A stretch of DNA of 55,510 bases, filler included, from Catajapyx aquilonaris (taxonomy: Eukaryota): NCBI GenBank assembly GCA_000934665.2. It is 3 parts of 3 records of this genome, joined end to end, with 100 filler letters (N's around TTAATTAATTAA, not from the genome) between each part and the next. Parts side by side here need not be neighbours in the genome. Positions count along the whole stretch, not along the records: positions 18,550 to 36,985 come from JYFJ02006697.1; positions 37,086 to 55,510 come from KZ539578.1; 1 more part is not named here. The stretch is one strand, 5' to 3'. Positions 27,486 to 40,900 of the stretch are shown one piece after another. The stretch's first letter is position 1. Each line of letters opens with the position of its first letter. The translations under genes were made by a program, and so were the position numbers. Below the pieces are notes generated by a model, which was not told the origin of the DNA, searched no databases, and saw only the letters and a list, made by a program, of their open reading frames with translations.

Positions 27486-28213
27486 ACCGAAGCAGATTGG
27501 TGTAGGGGATAAGGAGCCCGCCTGCTAATCGGGAGGTCCTGGGTTCGAATCCCGGGGCCGGCGACCCAGACCAGGGAGCATATACTACATAAGAGGCGCA
27601 AACATTCGATTTTTTTCGGCTCTCTGTTTATCGCGTTGCCAAGGCTGGCGGCCATCTGGAAGTGTGTGGTCTGGTATAAATAGTATAAATAGGGTACAGG
27701 CAGGCCGTCAAGGTCCGCGGGGGTCCGCCATCTTTGATGGTTTTGGCTGCCATGGAAATACACGGCAATAACAATTTACTTACCCATTTTCCAATATCGA
27801 ATTCAAATTCGCGCGTGTTCTTGCAGTGTAGTTGCCATGGCAGCCAAAACCATCAAAGATGGCGGACCTTATTTTTGCCTGTACCCTATTTATACCTCGT
27901 TGGTATCCCACACACGTCAAGATGGCCGCCGGCCTTGGCAACACCCTATAAACAGAGAGACGCGAACAACAAAGGCCCGACAGATGTTTGCGTCTCTTAT
28001 GTAGTATATGCTCTCTGCCCAGACCATGGTTTTCTGTGGTTTTCTGTGGTCCCCCCCCCCCAGGACAATTCCGGGGTCGGTTCCGTAAAAACAGGCCACA
28101 GCCGCTTCCTTCCTTCCCTATCCCTGGTCCCATCCAATGGTGGTAATCCACCCCCCTAAGGGAGCCAAAGGCTCTAGCACGGGGTATGATAAATAAATAA
28201 ATAAATAAATAAA
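27486..28213 (+). mobile_element. tRNA-derived SINE (family A) interrupted by a MITE
   Basis: Same ACCGAAGCAG head, box B and 3' tail as 23518-23794; (TAAA)n tail; 13-bp TSD ATATAAAAAAGTT (27473-27485 / 28214-28226). Confidence 0.9.
27572..28017. mobile_element. Palindromic MITE, probably P-element superfamily
   Basis: TIRs CAGGGAGCATATACTACATAAGAGGCGCAAACAT / ATGTTTGCGTCTCTTATGTAGTATATGCTCTCTG; 7-bp TSD CCCAGAC; arms pair along almost the whole length. Confidence 0.85.
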
Positions 28214-28308
28214 ATATAAAAAAGTTGGTGTAATAATATTCACGTCACACTTCAGAGTAACAGCAGTAAATATTTCACGCGCCAACACGAAATAGTATAT
28301 ACCGTGTA

Positions 28309-28857
28309 CAGTTATTGGAAAAATCGCGTAAGCTGCTACTTTTAAAGCAGCTACTTGCTAAGAGTTACTTTCTCGAATATCTGAATAACACCTGCTGATA
28401 TTAGGTCCCATGCCCATGTACCAATTAATGAGGGAAAAGGGTTCATCCGTAGGAAACAGGATGTCTCCCGCGCCTGCCGGGGTTGTGACTGGCCAAATGG
28501 GTCAATCGCAAATGGTCGGACGCGAACTGTTGCGACCCTGAAATGGAAAGGTGCCATTGATGTGCCTATCATCATACCTTTTATTTCCCCATCTCTAAAG
28601 TGATTCATGTGTTGGCCCTGAACAAGGCCCATTTTGGTGCTCACTGGAGAGATTCAGATGAGGTCACTAGCTGCTAAATCAGAGGGCTAACCCGTCGAAC
28701 CGGACAGACCCGCATGTGTCAATAAATAGGCCATTAATTATTGGTACATGGGAATTGGACATAATATCAGCTGGTGCTATTCCAGATACTCGAGAAAGTA
28801 ACTCTTAGCAAGTATCTGCTTAAAAAGTAGCAGCTTACGCGATTTATCCAATAACTG
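28309..28857. mobile_element. Tc1/mariner-type MITE
   Basis: ~120-bp TIRs CAGTTATTGGAAAAATCGCGTAAGCTGCTAC... / ...GTAGCAGCTTACGCGATTTATCCAATAACTG, preceded by TA. Confidence 0.8.
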
Positions 28858-29523
28858 TTGGAGCGTTAAAGTTGGATCACCTTGTAAAAAAACATGACTG
28901 GCTTAAGTCCTAAATTGACGTGGATGATTCCTCATCATTGAATATAAGAAGAGAACATAAGGAAAACAAAATTAACATTTCGGGTAATGATAATTATTAT
29001 GTGTCTGGAAGGATGCAGTGAGTGTACTATGGATTGATTGGAATGTCGTGCATATTTGGGTGGCATTTTGGTATGTCATCACGTCAAGGAGGAAAGGCAG
29101 CTGTATCTTTCGGAACCTCTGTGCAAATTTAACAAAATTTAAAACTAGAAAAATCTTGATACCATAAAACAACCAATACCACCGCTGGATTTGATTTCCC
29201 ACATCAAGCTTAATAAAGGCATAATATCAAAATATCCTTCCAGTTCAACACAAGATTTGTCAGTAATTATAATATTAGCATATTTTGAGTGATTGACACG
29301 AATTTCCTTGTATTTTACGTCTACCCGCTAATTTCCAATTTCCCTGTTTTCCCTGACCGGTGGTCACCCTGTTATCAATACGAATTTGCAATAATCTTGT
29401 AATTGGGATCCGGTACCCGGGTGAGGGGAAATTTAATTAGCGCGCCCATTTTATTCCGAAATGTTGCAAATGTACTTGGTGCTATTTGGTCGAAAGTGTA
29501 TATCTCTACGTGATAGGTGTGGT

Positions 29524-29539
29524 AGCCCTGGAAAGGGCT
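29524..29539 (-). promoter_or_regulatory. Histone 3' stem-loop (H3)
   Basis: AGCCCTTTCCAGGGCT on the minus strand followed by ACCA. Confidence 0.9.
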
Positions 29540-29595
29540 GTTTCTTTAAGGCTGGGGCTGGTGGTGGGCCTTCCTAAAAGGAAGTCTGAGGAGGT

Positions 29596-30063
<468 letters not shown>

Positions 30064-30669
30064 TCAAGGCAAGAATGATGCTGCCTCACAGAGAGCGCCC
30101 CTTTTATACCGACCGGTTACCTCCCTGAAGGCAGAGCCGGCCTCTGATTGGCTGAGGTGGTGTTGGCGCCTAAATGCAGCAACTAGCCTAAAAATCCGGG
30201 TATTAGTGCTCGCATGAAATTGCTAATTATTTTGACAAGCGTTTGGTCAAATGCAAACAAATAAAAGTATGTTATTGTTGCCGTGTCAAAATGCCTGCCA
30301 TAGCAACGCATATCAAAGCTATCTGGATATACACGATGTTATAGCCAATCATCATCCTACATTATTTTATTTATGCCGCCTCGGTTCATATGCACCATAC
30401 GCTGAAACGAACCAGACAGACATACTGGTATTTTTATGTAACAGTTTTACTGTCATGTACCGATGATTGTATTTCACTATTGACCAACAATGTGCGGCAA
30501 GAAAAGGGCGGGAAACAAGCAAAGGCGGGAAACTGGAAGGGGGAAAAAAAAGGGCGGGGGGGGGGGGGTTGGATTGGGGGAGGGGAGTGGTGATGTGGGC
30601 CCAGCCCGCCCTGATCTGTGATTGGCTGAGCATAAGTCCCCCCACAAGGTCCGCGCGCAGATTATTTAA

Positions 30670-31062
<393 letters not shown>

Positions 31063-31106
31063 ACATCACCGGGTGGTCTTCCCAGTAGAACTCAACTGAA
31101 ACAAAT

Positions 31107-31122
31107 GGCCCTTTTCAGGGCC
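31107..31122 (+). promoter_or_regulatory. Histone 3' stem-loop (H4)
   Basis: GGCCCTTTTCAGGGCC. Confidence 0.95.
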
Positions 31123-31648
31123 AACAAAATTCTCCAGTTGAGAGCGAAGCCTTTTTTCTCATGATGCATTGGTCATTTCTTCATTTTGATTCTGTATTAG
31201 GAAAGGTCAATGGTGACTTAACATGGCGATTTCTCCGACCGCCCATTAAGCTCCATCCATCTCTGCTAAAAACCTCATAAGTCACATGTTACAACTGCTA
31301 TCGGCGACCTGAGTTATCAAAAAGTGACCCACCAATCTGGAACACCATGTATATTTATGCATGCTCTAATTTTAAACACGGGTTGGCCGGGAAAAGTATT
31401 CTAATATGTACTGCTGTTATTCTGGAGGTGATTTCAAGTACTTCAGCTGTTGTATTATTGTGAGCCGGATACATTGCCACTTGCATCAAATTGAACTGTA
31501 GTCATTAGAACCGGCCAAACCATTATAATATCAATTTCTCGACTCGTGTTTCACCCGTTGAAATGAAGAATAAGTAATATCCTGCAATGTATCGTTTATT
31601 TGTTCAAATATTTTTGCTTTGTTCGTCTTCTCACGTGAAACAAGTGGT

Positions 31649-32310
<662 letters not shown>

Positions 32311-33576
32311 TGAGACATGCACTTGGTATTGCGGCATGTTTTAATTGCAGCTCGTCAAGGCAACGAACAAATTTGCACGTAAAGAGAGGCTGAAAAGTTG
32401 AATAATTTCGTGCAATTTACCCCTGCTTTTTCCCGAATGACAAGCGGGGAAGTGTATAGTACTGGTACAATAAATATCATGCAACAAACATTCAGTAAAG
32501 GTTGCGTTCTTTTTTCGCAAAAAAAAAAACAAACTCATATAAGTGACATAATGCAGATGGTAGTGCAAGATGTAATTGTAACAGCTATTTCTTCGGGGAT
32601 TGAGGGCGTGAATTGTACGATATATGCAACACAACTTGGGTGATTATGGACAATGATGGCAGTTAACCAGTTAACCTTAACAATAATTATTTAAAAGGGT
32701 GGTTGTGTCATTATTGATTTAGAGCTGATAGGAAACGATCGATTTATCGATACATGTACAACTTCATTTTTTTCTCATATGAAGACCAGAAGGATCAGCA
32801 TGATTGACATATCTGTGGTCCACTGGTGTGATAATTATCTTCATGCAGAACAGAATATGAGTTGGGTCGAATAAAACAGCGCCAGAATATGTAGCAAAAA
32901 TGAATTTTTGAAAAGTGCTTTACGGTCTCACTTAGAGGCTTCCACCCTGAAATGTTCTCGACCAAAAACCAGTTGCAAAAACATTAAAAATAAGTACAGC
33001 TTATCCAATGAGATCAACATAAAACCGACCAGTGTTTAGACCGTCTAATATATGCCCCCCGAGGCCCGCCTCGGGAGGTACAACAACTCAGTTGCAGGTG
33101 CATATCCCTCCCCCTTAATGTCTCTTTCTGCCTGTTATGGTGCATGGCAACGGAGCCTCTCTGGATATCCAGAAAATCATCGATATCCCGAATTTGTGCT
33201 CTGGCCAAATGTCGTACTTCGATATTCATAACCGCCGGAGACTTTTCCAGGGGCTTGTTAGCATTGACAGACTTTACATAGAAAATAGTCCGAAAAGTGC
33301 AGCATCTCCCTGCACATGTCCCGGGGCCGCCCGTGGGCGAGAACTGTGCTAAAAAGGTCAAAAATATCGACGAGGAAGCACAAAGGGGAGGAGTTTAGAG
33401 CAGCTCTGCCTTTCTCCATTTTCGCGCGCGTCCCCTCAGAGGTCCGCGCCTTCGCTATAAAAAGGCCCCCCGAGAGTGGGCGGCGCTTCATTCCTCATCC
33501 GGCAGTCGTCGAGGTAGCATCGTCTCCCGCTCGTCCATACTCCGTTCAACCGCTCGCCTCCCCTTGATTCGCCAAG

Positions 33577-34155
33577 ATGGCCGATGTGGAAGCTGCAGCA
33601 GCCTCGTCCCAGGGCACACCCAAGAAGGAGGCCACCAAGGCCAAGCCCAGCCATCCCAGCACCTCCGAGATGGTGAAGGGGGCCATAAAGAGCCTGGACG
33701 AGAGAGGAGGCTCCTCCCTGCAGGCCATCAAGAAGTACGTCGCCTCCAACTACAAGGTGGACGCAGAGAAGGTGGCCCCCGGTGGCCCCGCTCCTCAAGA
33801 GGTACCTGAAGAGCGCTGTGCTCTCCGGAGGGTTGGTCCAGACCAAGGGGAAGGGGGCCAACGGGTCATTCAAGATCGGAGGGGAAAAGGGGGAGAAGAA
33901 GCGGGTCGGGGACAAGAAGAAGGAGGCCAAGGGGAAGAAGGCAGCGGCGCGGCGGCCAAGCCCAAGAAGGCCACTGATGAGGCAAAAACCAAGAAGGCGG
34001 CCTCCAAGGCGAAGAAGACTCCCGCTGCCAAACCCAAGAAGTCCCCGGCCAAGGCCACCAAACCCAAGACCCCCAAGGAGCCGAAGACTCTCAAGCCCAA
34101 AAAGGCTGCAGCCAAGAAGACCACCAAGAAGGCCCCAGCACCCAAGAAGAAGTAA
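33577..34155 (+). CDS. H1: Histone H1 with two compensating frameshifts (variant or pseudogene)
   Basis: [30 protein letters not shown] globular-domain start; [24 protein letters not shown] lies in another frame; K/A/P-rich tail is back in frame; TATAAAA at ~33456. Confidence 0.85.
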   Translation: MADVEAAAASSQGTPKKEATKAKPSHPSTSEMVKGAIKSLDERGGSSLQAIKKYVASNYKVDAEKVAPGGPAPQEVPEERCALRRVGPDQGEGGQRVIQDRRGKGGEEAGRGQEEGGQGEEGSGAAAKPKKATDEAKTKKAASKAKKTPAAKPKKSPAKATKPKTPKEPKTLKPKKAAAKKTTKKAPAPKKK

Positions 34156-34250
34156 ATTGCTCCCGATGATGCGATGGGAGTAGGACGAAGATGCCCGTCC
34201 GACCCACCACCTTTCGGGCTGGCATTTTAGAAGAAGGACTATTTAAAAAC

Positions 34251-34266
34251 GGCCCTTTTCAGGGCC
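34251..34266 (+). promoter_or_regulatory. Histone 3' stem-loop (H1)
   Basis: GGCCCTTTTCAGGGCC then ACCCA and a GAAAGAG downstream element. Confidence 0.95.
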
Positions 34267-35759
34267 ACCCAAATTAATCTGAAAGAGACACAATTATGCA
34301 AAACCAATTGTATTTTTCCACGGGTGCCTTCCCCGCCAATAAAGAACCAATATTTCCCCTCCTGGTTCATATGGACGCGGGGAAAAGCGTCATCATCCGC
34401 TGATAGAAAACCAGACCATCGTGAATGAGTTAAAGGTCCACAAATCCCAGTCATTTGGTGGTAGGACCTGTTTCGTACTTTCCAAAGCCAGGGTTTCGTA
34501 CACCCCGCCCAATGAACAGCGATATGAGCACACCCTACCGACAGTTCCTTTGCAGCCACAGCAATGAGACCTCTGGAGTATCGATGGGTGAAAACGTGAT
34601 TTTTGAACAGCAGTGACAACGTGAATGCTCACTATTGCTCACCACGATCGAGTTTTCTCCGAAGGGAAATCCTTCACAATTGATGTGCTTGTTCCCATAC
34701 GATACGTATGAGCATTGTAGAGGTAGTAAATGAATTCGCGAAGAACTGGGGTCAGTTTTGCATCTTTTGTGACCGAATTAAATCAAATAACGATTAGAGC
34801 ATGTAACTTCTCGTGTAACCCGTGATTTCACAATTTGAGTGATTTTCAAACGCGACGTTATTGTGGGACCGTAATCCAAGATGTCTTCTTCCTCAGTTCG
34901 CATTGTTCCCTCCTTCGCTACTGATGGCAACACCAGTGATCTGGTAAATATAAAAGGCAAGGCTACGAATTCGGAAACTGCAAGTCATATTATGCAGGAC
35001 TGGAGTGACATTACTAGACTTAATGCAATTGGTTGAAATATGTCTTAGGCCTGAATCTTAAAGGAATAATGTGGCTTGTCAAGTGCCACTGCCACTCACT
35101 TGACACCAGCAGGTTCGACAGGACAGGGGAGAATATTATGTAGAAGACAATCACTTTCATCCTCGCAGTAAGAGTGACTGCATGCTGCCGCTGTCAGTTA
35201 TACTTAGGCATAATATGATTACTATCACGAAACACTCAGAACAAGTTAGTCTCCTCGCCTTAATACTCACGTAAACTTTGGACAATTTCCAACAATATTG
35301 TTTCTGAGTATTTCACAGCTTCTGAAAATTTGATCATATAATCATTCTGTGTTCCCTGTCTTGAATAATTAAAGCAGCAATAAAATTTGATATTAACAAG
35401 AAGGCGTAAATTTTAGATGCTGCGTTGTAATTATTATTGGAATTCATCACTTAGATCAGCCAGGTCTCATCAACGAACGTGTCTCTGTCGCCTCCGTCGG
35501 AAGAAGACATTCTACTTGCGGACCTCGTGGGCCTCACATACTGGAGGACCATTACCCCGAGTGCTACCTAAGCGTGGACACGGACACAGCGGACAAGAAG
35601 GGCCCTGGTCCAGAGCTGGGAGCCATCCTCCGTGGGCAGCAGAGAACCAGGCACCGTCCAGTCCTGCTGTCCCGGGTGGACACCTGACACCTTCCCTTCC
35701 GCATGTCGCACTCCGACCACCCGACCATCTGGACGGAGGACTAGCTCTACTCCTTCAGG

Positions 35760-35993
35760 CAGCCCCCTGCAGAGATTGTCTGAGGCCCGGGGCAGGAGTC
35801 ATGTTAGAGGCCCCTTCTTATAACGACATAAAAAAACGCAACCAAAACCATTTTTGCCCAGTAAGTTTCTGTCGGCTGGTTGGATAACTCCGGCCTGCTG
35901 GGGCCCCTGGCGGGTCCCCCTGGCTGGACTTATCCCTCTGAGGCCCGGGGCAAGTGTACCCAGCTGCCCCTNCCCCCCCCGCGCTGGGCCCTG
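35760..35993. mobile_element. hAT-type MITE
   Basis: CAG...GGGCCCTG ends, internal GAGGCCCGGGGCA repeats, 8-bp TSD CCTTCAGG (35752-35759 / 35994-36001). Confidence 0.75.
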
Positions 35994-36985
35994 CCTTCAG
36001 GACCATCCCCATCCAGCTGCTCTCCTACACTTGGCACGGGGGGAAGTGCTCCTTCAACCTCCTTCTCATCTCATCCCTCGACCTCCTCTCAACGCTCATC
36101 TTGCACGCCGTCACCTCCTTCCGGTTCAGGAACCTCCTCGACCCAACCCTCATCCACCTCCAAAGACCTCCTCTCAAACGTCACCCTTGATCCAACTTGA
36201 TCAAACTCACACCAGGCTAAAAAAATAATGTGCGCTGGTTGCTTTTTATGGGTGTCATAATAATATTATATTCAAATCTCAGGAAATAAAAGAGGTGAAC
36301 AAACTGTGAGGTCATTTACACTGTATTGATACACATATGTAGATCTCAGGTCTAAAATTCTGGGTTGAGAGAAGTAATTTACTGCCAAACATAGACGCAC
36401 CAAAAAGGCAATGACAAAGCCTGTTTTCATAATGAATATATTGAAATATTGTTACATGTTTTGATGTTTCCACATACTACGCAATAATAACCTACAATGT
36501 TCAAAGTTTTGAAATGTATCTAAATTCACAGTTGGTAGACTCCAAGAACACTCAGCATCACATTTGCGTCAATTAATGAATTAATAACCCTGTTTTTGTG
36601 CCTGTCCCAGCGCAGAAGACTTTTCTAAGAATATAACGTGGTGATAACCATCATAGTATGACTGTAATGTGGGATAATATTAGAGTTATCAAGACACCAG
36701 CGACGAAAATAATATCGAAAGTCTTTATTGCCTAATGATTAACAATCAACAGAGACAATTATATTGCCCCGTGGCCCGTGACAATCATACTGCCAGTGAC
36801 ATCGGTTTTATGTTCAACCCTTTTAAAAAATATATAGCAACACAATCGTAATGGCAGATGCTGAAACTCCGATTTGAGAGTAATGTTGTGTATGGTCACT
36901 CACAGTCACATTGGCATTGAATTAAATTAATTAGATTGCCACTAATATGCATACGCGATATAAATATGGTGCAGACAAGGGTGAA

Positions 36986-37085
36986 NNNNNNNNNNNNNNN
37001 NNNNNNNNNNNNNNNNNNNNNNNNNNNNNTTAATTAATTAANNNNNNNNNNNNNNNNNNNNNNNNNNNNNNNNNNNNNNNNNNNN
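36986..37085. other. Artificial contig-join pad
   Basis: 44 N + TTAATTAATTAA (37030-37041) + 44 N. Confidence 0.95.
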
Positions 37086-37931
37086 CTATCGGCTTCAGCC
37101 ACCTGCACTCTGGTGGTAGCAAGGCCGCACTAGCGGAGATTTGCCCTATCTCTTGTTTAGTCTGACACATATCCCGTCTCCGTGTCAGACGATGGCCGCA
37201 GTCACGTGCTTGCTCTATCACGGATCACTTGGCTGTGGGTACTGTCATACATGTTTTTACATAATTTTGACTAACCCTCGTGATTCATATGGTGATATAG
37301 CATCCATGGGGGATGGGCTTGTCCAACCTACTCCTGGATCAAGCGGTGGTGTCTGGATTGCTCATATATGATGACATAGTGCATGGTGTATTTATGTACG
37401 AAAATAGCTGTTGTGAAGGTAATGTACTTGATTTTAGAGAGAGAAAAAGAAAAAAAATGTCGTGTGACTTATGCTAATTTTTTTCTCGTAATTATACAGG
37501 TGTGAAAAACATAGTGTAACATGCATACAACTATGTCTGAGATCCTATGTGACTCGTACAAATATCAACTTTAGTCATTTGTGCTGGTGAGGAAAAGCGG
37601 ACTTGTGACTGTGATCATAGCAGCATCAAACTATTTTGCAGGTACATACCCATCCCTCTGCTTCTGAAGAGGACTCAGATATCAATTCCCTGCCTCTGGT
37701 AAAAATGTTTGCAAGCACCGAGTTTGAGCAAGCTTCAATAATAGTGATAATTTATGTACTATTTACCCATTTTGGTACATCACAGAGACTTTAATTTATC
37801 AGTAATATATGAACCAGTTTCGTTATGTGTGGCACCAAGATCCAGTCACATTCACAATGAATTTCATTTACAGATTTTTGACATCAAGTGAGAGAAACGA
37901 CTTATTGCCTACAGAATTTGTGGTAGCAACC

Positions 37932-40900
37932 ATGAATGCTGTGGTGTCCCTGTGTCATTTTTGTGAGCTACATGGACCAAGTGTTGTCATGTGTACTGAA
38001 GCGAAGCGACGTTTTGATATTATAAGTAGCAACAGGTCAGATGTTCCTCCTCATATGGCATCAACAGAATCAGTAGGGAGCTGTGAGGCATGCTGGCCAC
38101 AACCTCTTTCTTCAAATGGATTTGTTAGCTATGACACCAGTTCCTCTATGGTGTTCTTGAGTCAGAAGAGGTTGAAAAGTGAAGCAGCATCTCTCTTGCA
38201 GCAAGCATGTGTGCGGTCACTCAGTTGTGAGGTACTACTTTGTTGACAAAGTGCAGGACATGCAGGTATAATGTTTCTTTTATTCTTTTACAGGTGTGTC
38301 CATCTCGTGAAGGGCCTGTTTTCTTTGGTGATATCGCTAGAGGTCATGTCATCAGTTACACCTTTTCACTGAGAGACTCGCAAGCTAGGGGATTTCAGAG
38401 GTGGTTCAGTATGGTGATATTGATGCGGGACCGCTTATTTCTGCTCAATTCATGGCCATTTCTGGTTGACTGCATTGGAAAAATTGTGAAGGAATTGCAA
38501 GAAAAAGCTACCAGGGTAAGCTTAATGGGAGAGAAGGTGGATGTTCTGAAAGTATGCCGTGGTACTTGACTATATAAGAATGATAGGAGGATTGTGAAGG
38601 CAGGGCTTACAGGAAGAGTTCAGCACTTTGGCAAATTGAGCTCCAAAAATTATAAATAAATAACTTCCTAAGTTTGCTAATGGCATAGGGAGAAGAAAAG
38701 TCAACCTTCAACCTGACCTCTTACCAAATGTACAATTTGAATCAAATGACTTCCAGGTATATGAAAAGGATCACACTGACATATCTCCAAGAGCATTACG
38801 GCTTCAAATGGCACCACTGGGTTCACGAGTGGGCACGCAAGAGTCAGAAAACCACCCAGGAGGCACAGATACGTTAGGTAATGGAGCCACGCAGGGATTA
38901 CCATTAAATGCAACACCTGTGAGGCCTACTCGTTCCTTGAAGGATCTCACTGGAGATATAGAGATATTTGTTGGGTAAGTGTTTTTGTTTTAAATTTTTG
39001 TGATTCAATTATTAATACCATACGAGGGAGATCTTTTTTCACTCTTTTGTTATTTCTTCTGTCATGGTTAGTGTATAATGATTTTGTGACTTAGGCATTT
39101 ACATTTCAAATTCTGACCATTCAGTGTTTTAAAATGTTTATTTACTTAACTGTTTTGTTACTACATGCATTTTTAGTACTAAAAGGTAAAATGGTATTAT
39201 TTTGAATTTGAAGCTGATTTGAAGGGTAATTGGACATAAAGGCACCGTCACATGTAGAAAAATCTGGGGTACCTGCCCATGTCCACGTTGTGCTTGAAAG
39301 TTTATGTAACTCATGGCAAGAATATAAAATGTAGCGCAGTATGATTTTCTCTGTGTTCGATCTATTAATGGGCACTAAAAATTTTTAAGTTACCAATTTT
39401 GGCTCAAAGAAAAAGATGCATGTGGGTTTCCAATCTCGCATTTCTATGTACAGTACATGTGCAAGACTGTGTCCTTGAGTAAATTGTAAAAATATTTGAC
39501 AGCCTATTGCAGGATTGACTCCATCAACTACTCCCCCCTGTGTGTTCTTTTCTCAGTACCCTGCAGATGCTAGTTATTACTTTTTCAAGAAGTGGAAGTT
39601 GATGTTGAATTATAATAATTCATTGTGATGAAGTAGTCCCCTCATACAAAATGTGCAATTGTTCAAAAGTAAATAGGTATAAATTTTTAAACAAGTACCA
39701 GCATCTTCTCGGAGCGCCAAGAAGCTGTTAACTTAGGCAATTTTACTCCTCTCAGTCTTCTTTTTTCCAGTTGTCACAGAAAACAAGCTTACCCACACAG
39801 TTTCAAGTGTGACACATCTTCCTTTCTCCTCACTCTACTGTATTCAATAACTACTTATGAAATCTACTAGTGGCTTATTCTTGAATTAATGGCAGACTGA
39901 AAAAAAATCTTTCTTACCTATGACTAAATAGCTATCTAGCACAGTAGTAGGCTAATACTTTCTTGTGTTAAAGATTTTCCATTGATTTAATATTATTGCC
40001 TTACATGCCTCAGCCTTCATGAATGGTTCTCGTGGTTGCTGCGATCCATGACAAGGCGATTAAGTGAGAGGATGGTGATGGGTCTCACAGTTGATCACCT
40101 GTCCACAGATTCTGATACAGATGAAGGTAATGTACACTTTATGTTGAGGATGCCTTACTTTCATGTAACTGATTTCTTCCAAGCAGACAAAGATGGTTCT
40201 CCTGCAGCCAGGGCAGTACCAGCGTCTGGAGTTTCAGAAGACATGTCTCATGGAAACAGCAGCAACTTCCAAGAAGTGAGCAACTTGCGCTTCCTCCAGC
40301 AAGCAATGGAGCCAGAAGTGTTCCGATCTCTCCTGCACTCAGTCATTGTTGGAAAGCAAGTGGTAGTTAGGGGACCTAGATTTATCGTCACCAGCATTTT
40401 GAAGTCATTGAAGGTGAGGGAAATGAAAATATAATTGGAGTGTCATGTGGAGCAAGGTCCAATTAAGTGAATCTTGCTAGCTTACAATATGTTCCTCCTT
40501 GAAATTTTGGGGGTCATTCTTTTAAAGACCAAGACTTGGTCAGGAAAGCTCAGAAAACCCGTGGGATGGTCACAAAAATTCTAAATCATGATCATGTCCA
40601 CATTTGCTAGTGTGAAGGCAATTGGTAAGGGGGGAACTGATCAGATATTGTTTTTCTTTTGCCAGTTGCTCGTACCTGTTCACTGTTGTCCCCCTTTGCT
40701 GATAGTGGAAAGTTATCGAGGACTAGAAGAAGCAAGGCTCCTTGGCCTACCTGCAGAGACAGTTGTACCCCGCAGCTGCAATACTAGTGAAGATGTACTT
40801 GTGCTAGATGTGGACTTACCGAACAGTGAATCAGGTGTAGAATCTGGACTCGGTGCAACTGTTGGTAGTAACCCTCTTCACATTCACCTTCATTCAGGCG

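Noticed and set aside
35417..36228. GC-rich ORFs flanking the hAT MITE
   Set aside because: Looks like a coding remnant (GGLALLL) but no family could be assigned.
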